DNA of 9,806 nucleotides from contig CAZTWG010000017.1 of assembly GCA_964617525.1 (NCBI GenBank), forward strand, positions 1 through 9,806. Reading direction: 5' to 3'. The notes below the pieces were generated by a model. That model was given only the letters and a program-made list of their open reading frames with translations. It did no database searches and was not told the origin of the DNA. The position numbers and the translations under genes were made by a program. The stretch is from an uncultured Gammaproteobacteria bacterium. GTDB taxonomy: Bacteria > Patescibacteriota > Patescibacteriia > UBA2591 > UBA6264. Positions 1-5,949 of this stretch are shown here, piece after piece; the first letter of the stretch is position 1; every line of letters starts with the position of its first letter.

Positions 1-391
1 CCTTAACATTTAACTTATCGCCAGCATTGATACTAAGTCTCGCTGGTTGAATTTCTTCCCCACCGCTATTAGTCCACTTAATTAAATCTTCATCTAAAAC
101 TACTATTTCTTCATCCCATTTTCTAGTATTTTCGTCTAAGAAAACTAAAGCTGTCATAATTTTCGTTATACTCGCAATTGGCAACACTTTGGTTGAATTT
201 TTCTCAAATAAAATCTTTCCAGAATCAAGATCAACAACTAATGCGCTTTTCGCAGTTAATTTGGGCCCCAAAGAATAAGAAGAGCTAGGAAGTGAATTAT
301 TGTTTTCAATTAAATTATCCCAAAGAATAGCCTGATTGAAAAGGGGTGATGCGATTAGAAAAAAAATTGTAGTTAAAGCCGTAAAAAGCAT
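1..391 (-). CDS. D-alanyl-D-alanine carboxypeptidase (peptidase S11 / PBP5-like), N-terminal ~130 aa; 3' end runs off the window
   Basis: Absent from the supplied track because it is open to the window edge. My translation from the ATG at 391..389 is MLFTALTTIFFLIASPLFNQAILWDNLIENNNSLPSSSYSLGPKLTAKSALVVDLDSGKILFEKNSTKVLPIASITKIMTALVFLDENTRKWDEEIVVLDEDLIKWTNSGGEEIQPARLSINAGDKLNVK, with no stops. It has a hydrophobic N-terminal anchor or signal. The block AKSALVVD..SGKIL..KN....LPIASITKIMTA carries the SxxK active-site motif (SITK) typical of low-molecular-weight PBPs. Confidence 0.8.
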   Translation of the reverse strand, partial: MLFTALTTIFFLIASPLFNQAILWDNLIENNNSLPSSSYSLGPKLTAKSALVVDLDSGKILFEKNSTKVLPIASITKIMTALVFLDENTRKWDEEIVVLDEDLIKWTNSGGEEIQPARLSINAGDKLNVK

Positions 392-478
392 AAATTATAA
401 ATGAAGAAACAAAATACAAGAAATAAGACACAAACAACAATCAATGACCAAATAACCAACAACCAAATCATTATTTGT

Positions 479-503
479 TTGAATATTGGGTATTGAATAT
501 TGG
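479..503. repeat. Direct tandem repeat TTGAATATTGG x2 (479-489 and 493-503, period 14) in the femAB-like / dac intergenic region
   Basis: Read directly from ttgaatattggGTAttgaatattgg. It lies inside a region where strand composition flips from A/C-rich to T/G-rich. Confidence 0.6.
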
Positions 504-531
504 AATTTGTTTGGTTATTGTATCTTTGGTT

Positions 532-1461
532 TTAATGTCGTATCTTTTTGCCTACCTTATATAGATTATACCAAAATTTTGATAAAGGCAAATCAAATGT
601 GCCAGGATAAATAACCCTTTCTCCACCAAAGCTCATCTTAAATTTGGTAAATCCTGGCCATTTTTTTTCATCAATACCCCAAAAATCATAAAATTTATAG
701 CCTTGTTCTTTTGCTTTTTTAATAACATGCCAATGTAAAGCATGAGGCGCCATAACTTGCCGAAACTCTCGCGAAGACCCTCCATGCACATAAAAAGCTG
801 TTTTATTAAAAAATATAATCAAATGGGCTGATAGAACTTTATTCTTATATTTTGCTAAATACAATTTAGTGAACGAACAATCTAATAATTTTTGATAATA
901 AGCAAAAGTATATGATTTAAAATTTTCTCTTTTAGTGGTTTGCTTCAGTAGGTCCCAAAAAAAATCTATATTTTCGCTCTCCCGGACTACAACCCCTTTC
1001 CTCTCGGCTAAACGAATATTATATCTAGTTTTAGAATGCATTTTTTTTAAAATATCATCTTCTGGTATATCTAAATTCAAAACAGTAGTTTGGTTCGGTT
1101 GAACTGAATTAACTTTTAAATTAGGCAAAATTAATTTTATTTTTTTTAATGGCTCTAAACGAAAAAATATCGCCTTCTCTTCCTTAGCAATAGCCCTAAC
1201 TCTAGCCATTAACATCCCTGAAGCCTCTGTTACTAAATCATTGCCTAAAAAGGGTCCCCTGGGACAATACAAATAACTAAAACCTAAGGGCAATTGATAT
1301 TTAATGATTAAAGCCTGTATAATCGTCTTCCCGTCTTTTCTAATCGCCCAACGCCATATTTTACGACCCAATCTTTGTTGGAAATCTCCCCATGCCCAAG
1401 ACTGCAAAAATTGGCTACCAGATTCCCATTCTTTTTTATTTTTAATACTAACAAGTTCCAT
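532..1461 (-). CDS. FemAB-family peptidoglycan interpeptide-bridge aminoacyltransferase (lipid II peptidyltransferase-like)
   Basis: 309-aa ORF. The N-terminal FLQSWAWGDFQ motif, the size, and later blocks (KTRYNIRLAERKGV, FYVHGGSS, APHALHWHVIKKAKEQGYKFYDFWGI) match my recollection of the FemAB / methicillin-resistance-factor family (GNAT-like fold). It neighbours a DD-carboxypeptidase. Confidence 0.75.
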   Translation of the reverse strand: MELVSIKNKKEWESGSQFLQSWAWGDFQQRLGRKIWRWAIRKDGKTIIQALIIKYQLPLGFSYLYCPRGPFLGNDLVTEASGMLMARVRAIAKEEKAIFFRLEPLKKIKLILPNLKVNSVQPNQTTVLNLDIPEDDILKKMHSKTRYNIRLAERKGVVVRESENIDFFWDLLKQTTKRENFKSYTFAYYQKLLDCSFTKLYLAKYKNKVLSAHLIIFFNKTAFYVHGGSSREFRQVMAPHALHWHVIKKAKEQGYKFYDFWGIDEKKWPGFTKFKMSFGGERVIYPGTFDLPLSKFWYNLYKVGKKIRH

Positions 1462-1536
1462 AATTTTTATTTTAACACATATATTCTAGAACTTCCAGAT
1501 GAGAAAAGGTCAAAATAACATAATTTGATCCTAACG

Positions 1537-1557
1537 TTAACCATTAATTAACCATTA
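1537..1557. repeat. Direct repeat TTAACCATTA x2 (1537-1546 and 1548-1557, period 11), 76-96 nt upstream of the femAB-like start
   Basis: Read directly from cgTTAACCATTAaTTAACCATTAtc. The junction creates the palindrome TTAATTAA. It could be an operator or promoter element, but no function is demonstrated. Confidence 0.5.
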
Positions 1558-1568
1558 TCAATTTTTGG

Positions 1569-1598
1569 AAAGAGAAAAGGCCAACATTTCTGCTGGCC
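1569..1598 (-). terminator. Rho-independent terminator downstream of the 84-codon ORF
   Basis: Minus-strand RNA reads GGCCAGC-AGAAAU-GUUGGCC, a 7-bp stem including one G.U, followed by UUUUCUCUUUCC. On the plus strand the G.U becomes an A/C mismatch, so the hairpin is stronger in the minus orientation. Confidence 0.65.
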
Positions 1599-1617
1599 AT
1601 TATAGAGAATAAGAAAA

Positions 1618-1872
1618 TCAGGGCAACTGTTGTATTACTAGCCACAAATGCGTATGAGCCAAATGCAACCGCCCCCTACTACTTAACCTTCTGACGCCCT
1701 CGGCGATTCGCCCTTGGGCAAACTTTGACTTGTATTTCCCCTGCAAGTCAAAAATGATATGAAGCCCTGCGGTTTCTATCTCTATAGAGGTGCAATCATC
1801 TTTTTCGTTGTATTCCCCTCCGATGATATTTATTTTTACTGGCACCTCAAGAGTAAAAACTGGATTTTCCAT
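1618..1872 (-). CDS. Hypothetical small protein (84 aa). The N-terminal half looks protein-like. The C-terminal half is Arg/Leu/His-rich and overlaps a GC-rich structured segment.
   Basis: Strong SD: TAAAAGGAGGTAAGT immediately precedes the ATG. A terminator lies 20 nt past the stop, which is TGA; this is the only TGA stop among the ORFs called here. I recognise no family. See the finding on composition and structure. Confidence 0.45.
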   Translation of the reverse strand: MENPVFTLEVPVKINIIGGEYNEKDDCTSIEIETAGLHIIFDLQGKYKSKFAQGRIAEGVRRLSSRGRLHLAHTHLWLVIQQLP

Positions 1873-1898
1873 ACTTACCTCCTTTTAGTTTATATATA

Positions 1899-1927
1899 AA
1901 ACTAACATATTTAAGCCCTAAAGTCAA
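1899..1927 (-). promoter_or_regulatory. Candidate sigma70-type promoter for the 84-codon ORF (TTGACT-17 nt-TAGTTT)
   Basis: On the minus strand, TTGACT lies at 1927..1922 and TAGTTT at 1904..1899 with a 17-nt spacer, directly after the mscS stop. The -10 matches only T1, A2 and T6 of the consensus. Confidence 0.3.
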
Positions 1928-1931
1928 CCCC

Positions 1932-2984
1932 CTAAGATTTTGAGTTATTTTGAATATAAAGTGTTTGGGTTGGATAAGCCATGATAATGTTTTGCTTTTC
2001 AAATTCTTTTTTTACCTTAAAAAGTATTTCCTGATGCACTTGACGATAAGCAGTGTATTCTGGCGAAAGAACATAATAAACAACATCAAATAAAAGCGCA
2101 GAATTATCAAATTTAACAAAATGCGCCCTGCTAAAACGAATTAACTTATTATCTTGGATTATCTTTTTGATAATTCTAGGAATTTGTTCAAGTTTTTCTG
2201 ACGAAGTTTCATAAACAACGCCGAAAGAAAAAGAAACCCTTCTATCCTTCATTTTCTTGAAATTTTGGATACGAGTAGAGGTTAGTTCTTGATTAGAAAT
2301 CACTATTTCCTCTCCCTGTAAAGCCATAATCCGAGTGGTTTTAATGCCAATTTTTTGAACAATCCCAGAATGTGGACCAATAACAATATAGTCACCAATT
2401 TCAAAGGGCTTATCAAGGTATAACGCAAAAGAACTAAAGAGATCGCCCAAAATGTTTTGCAGCGCCAAGGCTACTGCAATGCCGCCAACCCCTAGCCCAG
2501 CAACTAGAGACGTTATATTAACTCCTAGGTTTGACAAGATTAACAACAATCCTATAGCCCATAAAATCCCTTTGAATATTTTGCCAATTAAATAGATTGA
2601 GGCTTTTGATGTCTTATTTTTTTCTTTAATAAAAAATTTCTTGATTATATAATTACCTAAAATTTGAACTGCAACAATTATTTGGATGGTTGCCCAAATA
2701 ATTAAAATTGTGTTAACTATTTTCTGTAAAAATACTCCAGTTTCTAAAAATTGAAAGGATAAATAAAAGGATAAAAACAAGTAAAATGGTGGTTTTACAC
2801 TCTCAATAATCTCAAGAAAAATATCATCAATGTCAGTTTTTGTCTTTTTGGCGGCTTTTTTAAGCCGTTGTAAAGCATATTGTTGAAATAAACGAAACAA
2901 TAATAAAAAGCCGAAAAAAGCAAAAATAGCCCATAATAAAGAATTGGCTAAATCGTTAAGGTGAAAAATATTTTCTTTTAACAT
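1932..2984 (-). CDS. mscS: Small-conductance mechanosensitive channel (MscS family)
   Basis: 350-aa ORF with N-terminal TM helices. The pore-lining Gly/Ala-rich helix is SLVAGLGVGGIAVALALQNILGDLFSS. It is followed by the MscS beta-domain signature FEIGDYIVIGPHSGIVQKIGIKTTRIMALQGEEIVISN. Confidence 0.85.
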   Translation of the reverse strand: MLKENIFHLNDLANSLLWAIFAFFGFLLLFRLFQQYALQRLKKAAKKTKTDIDDIFLEIIESVKPPFYLFLSFYLSFQFLETGVFLQKIVNTILIIWATIQIIVAVQILGNYIIKKFFIKEKNKTSKASIYLIGKIFKGILWAIGLLLILSNLGVNITSLVAGLGVGGIAVALALQNILGDLFSSFALYLDKPFEIGDYIVIGPHSGIVQKIGIKTTRIMALQGEEIVISNQELTSTRIQNFKKMKDRRVSFSFGVVYETSSEKLEQIPRIIKKIIQDNKLIRFSRAHFVKFDNSALLFDVVYYVLSPEYTAYRQVHQEILFKVKKEFEKQNIIMAYPTQTLYIQNNSKS

Positions 2985-2987
2985 AAT

Positions 2988-3209
2988 TTATATTTTTAAT
3001 TTAAAAATTTTATTTCTTGTCTTAAATCCTTTAGTAATCTTAATATCCTTTTTTGGAATCTGTAAGTATTTTGACAAAATACTAACTACACTTGCGTTAG
3101 CTTTCCCTTGAATCGGTTTTTGCTTAACATAGATTTCAAAAGAATATTCTGATTTTTTAATTATCTTGTCTTTACTTGAAAAAGGAATAACTTTAACTTT
3201 GATTAACAT
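2988..3209 (-). CDS. DUF167 / YggU-like (UPF0235) small protein
   Basis: 73-aa ORF. The pattern IKVKVIP.S....I.......EIYVK..P..GKAN..V...L.K.L.I.KKDI.I..G..TRNK.F.L matches my recollection of the YggU family (GKAN ... G.tSR.K). Its stop lies 3 nt before the mscS ATG, so the two are probably co-transcribed. A partial SD (AGGGGA) lies upstream. Confidence 0.65.
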   Translation of the reverse strand: MLIKVKVIPFSSKDKIIKKSEYSFEIYVKQKPIQGKANASVVSILSKYLQIPKKDIKITKGFKTRNKIFKLKI

Positions 3210-3222
3210 AATTTCCCCTATA

Positions 3223-3251
3223 TTGACAAATTAAAATAATTTTGCTACAAT
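3223..3251 (+). promoter_or_regulatory. Near-consensus sigma70 promoter: TTGACA (3223-3228), 17-nt spacer, TGcTACAAT (extended -10; hexamer 3246-3251)
   Basis: Read directly from tatTTGACAaattaaaataatttTGcTACAATttaac. The -35 hexamer is perfect, the spacer is 17 nt, the TGn extension is present and the -10 matches 5 of 6. It lies about 30 nt upstream of the ORF at 3283. Confidence 0.7.
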
Positions 3252-3282
3252 TTAACTAATTAAAAAAGGAGGAGGACGAAAG

Positions 3283-3486
3283 ATGCAGGACAATAGGGTT
3301 TTTTTCATGATAAAACCCGTGGATGAAGGAAAAATTGAAGAGTTAAATACTAAGTATTTAAAAAATCTAAACTTCGTACATGGGTCTTATGCGGGAATGC
3401 ATTGTTGGAATTTTTCCAGCAAAGAAGAATCAGAAGAGGGCACAAGAATTATTAGAAAAAGGATTCTAACAGCATCTAAAAAATAA
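3283..3486 (+). CDS. Hypothetical small protein (67 aa), monocistronic and apparently strongly expressed
   Basis: SD AAGGAGGAGGA lies 7-10 nt before the ATG, with a consensus promoter upstream and a perfect terminator 6 nt past the TAA. The sequence is MQDNRVFFMIKPVDEGKIEELNTKYLKNLNFVHGSYAGMHCWNFSSKEESEEGTRIIRKRILTASKK. I recognise no family. Confidence 0.6.
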   Translation: MQDNRVFFMIKPVDEGKIEELNTKYLKNLNFVHGSYAGMHCWNFSSKEESEEGTRIIRKRILTASKK

Positions 3487-3492
3487 GTTTCG

Positions 3493-3524
3493 CGGAAGGA
3501 GAAATCTCCTTCCGCTTTTTATTA
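3493..3524 (+). terminator. Rho-independent terminator, possibly also serving convergent recR
   Basis: GCGGAAGGAG (3493-3502), loop AAAT, CTCCTTCCGC (3507-3516): a perfect 10-bp GC-rich stem followed by TTTTTATTAT. It sits between the convergent stops at 3486 (+) and 3533 (-). On the minus strand the U-tract is displaced (GAAACUUAUUUUUU), so termination is weaker in that direction. Confidence 0.85.
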
Positions 3525-3532
3525 TCAAATAT

Positions 3533-4144
3533 TTAAACAGGTTTTCTGTTTTTTAAAGCATCGCCTAAAGTAATCTCGTCGGCATATTCTATTTCCGCCC
3601 CTAGAGGTAATCCCCTCGCCATTTTACTTAATTTCAAACGTTTTTTTAACTCTACGTCCCTTTTTATTAAATTAGAAATATAAAGAGTCATTCCTTCCCC
3701 CTTGATATTTAAATCAAAACCAAAAATTAATTCTTTTATTTTTTTGTCCCTTTTTAGTCTATCTAATAAATTATTCGTTATAATCTTCGCAAAATTAGTT
3801 TCTTCAAGAACCTCTAACCCTCTTTCTAAAACATGATAGAGCCCTTTGTAGTGTCCAATATTTTCAATAGTTATTAAATCTTGGGGCCTAGCTACAACCA
3901 AAATAATTGAACGGTCTCTTCGAGGGTCTTCGCAAATAGGGCAAATCTTGTAATTAGAAAAATTATGGCAAATTGAACAAGAATGAATATTTTCCAAATC
4001 ATTAAAAGATTTAATAAACTCTATTCTATCTTTTTTGGGTTGATTTAATAAATAAAAAACAAACCGCTGCGCGGCCTTCGGACCAATCCCTGGAAAATAG
4101 CTAAAATTTTTAACCATTCTTTGGATCTCTTTTGGATAAAGCAT
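3533..4144 (-). CDS. recR: Recombination protein RecR
   Basis: 203-aa ORF. It has the N-terminal helix-hairpin-helix FPGIGPKAAQRFVFYLL, the C4 zinc finger CSICHNFSNYKICPICEDPRRD, the Toprim region ILVVARPQDLITIE...YKGLYHVL, and the C-terminal MARGLPLGAEIEYADEITLGDALKNR. All are canonical RecR blocks. Confidence 0.9.
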   Translation of the reverse strand: MLYPKEIQRMVKNFSYFPGIGPKAAQRFVFYLLNQPKKDRIEFIKSFNDLENIHSCSICHNFSNYKICPICEDPRRDRSIILVVARPQDLITIENIGHYKGLYHVLERGLEVLEETNFAKIITNNLLDRLKRDKKIKELIFGFDLNIKGEGMTLYISNLIKRDVELKKRLKLSKMARGLPLGAEIEYADEITLGDALKNRKPV

Positions 4145-4173
4145 AAAAAGAATAATATATAAATAGTAAAAGT

Positions 4174-5568
4174 TTAGAATGGATCTTCTTCTAACGTTTG
4201 AGTATGCGCTTTGTCTAAATTCTTGAAACTGGCAGTAGTGCTGTCAAAGTATAATGGCACCATTACTCCCGCTGGACCGTGCCTATGTTTAGAAATATGA
4301 ATTTCAGCAATATTTTTATCTTCTTCTGGACAGTTTTTAATGCCTTTATCCATAAACTTGCGATAAATGAACATAACAACATCACTGTCCTGTTCTAAAC
4401 TCCCACTTTCACGTAGATCAGATAAACGAGGAATAGCTGGGGTACGAGCTTCGGGTGCACGAGAAAGCTGAGAAAGTGCGAGGACAGGAATGTTTAAATC
4501 ACGAGCAACCGCCTTTAATCCACGAGAAATCTCTGAAACCTCCTGAACTCTACCGCTATTAACATTAGACCCTTCCATTAGTTGCAAATAATCAACTATC
4601 AATAATTCAATCTTATGCTCAAATTGTAATCTTCTAGCTTTTGCTCTTATTTCAGCTATTGTAAGTGTTGCTGAGTCGTCAATAAAAACGGGAGCTTCAG
4701 CCAAAAGACCAATAGCTTTCCCTAATTTTTTAAAATCCCCATCCCCCTTAGTTTTGGAAAATCGTCCTGTGCGTAATTGCCAAAGATTAACACCTGATTC
4801 TGCGCAAATCATTCTATCACTAACCTGCTCTTTAGACATTTCTAAACTAAAAATTCCAACGGGGGCCTTACTGGATACTGCTGCATTGCGAGCAATATCC
4901 AACGCCAAACTACTTTTCCCGATAGAAGGCCTAGCTGCCAAAATTATTAATTCTGATTTTTGCAAGCCAGCCAAGACATTATCTAAATCCGTAAATCCTG
5001 TCGGAATACCCCTAATAGACCTATCTCCTTTTTGTAATTCATCCAATCTTTCAAAAGAGTTAGCTAGCGTATCCTTTAAAGAAGTAAAGTTTTGTCTAGC
5101 AAATTTTTGAGAAATATTAAATATTTTTTGCTCAGCTTTATCTAATATCTTAAGAGCGTCTGTTTCTTCTTCATAGGCCATTTTCACTATTTCTGTAGAC
5201 GCTTTAATGGCTTTTCTTAAAATTGATTTCTTTTGTACAATCTGAGCATAAGAAGTGATATGGCTAGAGGTAGGGACAATGTTAGCTAGAGAGGCTAAGT
5301 AACTACGTCCACCCACTAAATCTAATTTCTTTTTTTCTTCTAAACGATTTGCTATACTTAAAATATCTATTGGCTCTCTTTGCCCCCAAACATCTATCAT
5401 TACTGAATAAATTATCTTATGAATATCTTTATAAAAATCTTCAGACACAATTATATCTGCCACTCTAATAATAGCATCTTTGTCAATCAATAAAGACCCG
5501 AGCACTGCTTGCTCAGCTTCAATATTTTGAGGAGGAAGTTTTTCAATAGATTTTTCAGACCTAGTCAT
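4174..5568 (-). CDS. dnaB: Replicative DNA helicase DnaB
   Basis: 464-aa ORF. The N-terminal PPQNIEAEQAVLGSLL is the DnaB N-domain signature. Walker A is AARPSIGKSSLALDIA, Walker B region LLIVDYLQLM, and the RecA-like C-domain includes SRGLKAVARDLNIPVLALSQLSR and ESGSLEQDSDVVMFIYR. The length is normal, so there is no intein. It lies 29 nt upstream of recR on the same strand and is probably co-transcribed. Confidence 0.95.
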   Translation of the reverse strand: MTRSEKSIEKLPPQNIEAEQAVLGSLLIDKDAIIRVADIIVSEDFYKDIHKIIYSVMIDVWGQREPIDILSIANRLEEKKKLDLVGGRSYLASLANIVPTSSHITSYAQIVQKKSILRKAIKASTEIVKMAYEEETDALKILDKAEQKIFNISQKFARQNFTSLKDTLANSFERLDELQKGDRSIRGIPTGFTDLDNVLAGLQKSELIILAARPSIGKSSLALDIARNAAVSSKAPVGIFSLEMSKEQVSDRMICAESGVNLWQLRTGRFSKTKGDGDFKKLGKAIGLLAEAPVFIDDSATLTIAEIRAKARRLQFEHKIELLIVDYLQLMEGSNVNSGRVQEVSEISRGLKAVARDLNIPVLALSQLSRAPEARTPAIPRLSDLRESGSLEQDSDVVMFIYRKFMDKGIKNCPEEDKNIAEIHISKHRHGPAGVMVPLYFDSTTASFKNLDKAHTQTLEEDPF

Positions 5569-5584
5569 AAAATACTTTTTTGCG

Positions 5585-5626
5585 TTTACATTTTATTTTT
5601 TTTATTGTATAATCTTATTGTATAAT
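5585..5626 (+). promoter_or_regulatory. Candidate promoter TTTACA (5585-5590), 17 nt, TATAAT (5608-5613), with the -10-containing 12-mer TTATTGTATAAT duplicated in tandem (5602-5613 and 5615-5626)
   Basis: Read directly from gcgTTTACAttttatttttttTATTGTATAATcTTATTGTATAATaatt. It lies in the divergent region between dnaB (-) and the ORF at 5725 / tRNA-Lys (+). The second TATAAT has no convincing -35. Confidence 0.5.
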
Positions 5627-5724
5627 AATTCTATTTTAATTCAAGCTGACCTTTTACACATTTTGTTAACAGAATAGAATAATTTCCCCTAACTCAAAGC
5701 TACTACTCACCCATAACTATATAT

Positions 5725-5949
5725 ATGCTTCAAAAAAACATTCATGGCTATATCGTGAATTATAAAAATAACGCTCATGAAGGCGCCAAGCATTTAGCTT
5801 ATGTCTTAAGCTTTAGTGAGGCTTTTTCTCTTTTCCAAGCTGCTCAAATGTCAGGCGATGTAAAATTTGAAGATAGATATGGGAGAAACTTTACGCTAAA
5901 ATATGTAACAACAGGGACCTTTTTACTTGAAAAAAGAAGTGAATGGTAA
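5725..5949 (+). CDS. Hypothetical small protein (74 aa)
   Basis: The ORF has composition typical of the window and a TAA stop. It has no SD, as with most genes here, and I recognise no family. It lies downstream of the candidate promoter at 5585-5626. Confidence 0.35.
   Translation: MLQKNIHGYIVNYKNNAHEGAKHLAYVLSFSEAFSLFQAAQMSGDVKFEDRYGRNFTLKYVTTGTFLLEKRSEW

Noticed and set aside
1304-1489. 61-aa plus-strand ORF
   Set aside because: It is antisense to the 5' end of the FemAB-family gene and has no SD or promoter.
1621-1760. Known riboswitch or housekeeping RNA classes (fluoride/crcB, ZTP, Mn2+ yybP-ykoY, guanidine, tmRNA, RNase P) for the GC-rich segment
   Set aside because: Short resemblances such as GGCGA..TCGCC, AACCGCC and CGCCCTTGGGCA occur in the wrong order or orientation relative to those consensus motifs as I recall them. 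No regulated downstream gene exists either: a terminator and a separate gene follow. The segment stays as an unclassified finding.
3298-3321. The N-terminus of the 67-aa ORF (RVFFMIKPVDEG) resembles the nucleoside diphosphate kinase start (ERTFxMIKPD)
   Set aside because: The ORF is less than half the length of NDK, lacks the catalytic His region and ends at a strong terminator. The resemblance covers only a few residues and is probably coincidental.
4754-5110. 118-aa plus-strand ORF
   Set aside because: It lies entirely antisense within the well-supported dnaB gene, has no start signals, and its low-complexity sequence is typical of shadow ORFs.
4174-5568. Intein or insertion in DnaB, which is common in some lineages
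   Set aside because: The 464-aa length is canonical, and the helicase motifs are contiguous with no extra block.
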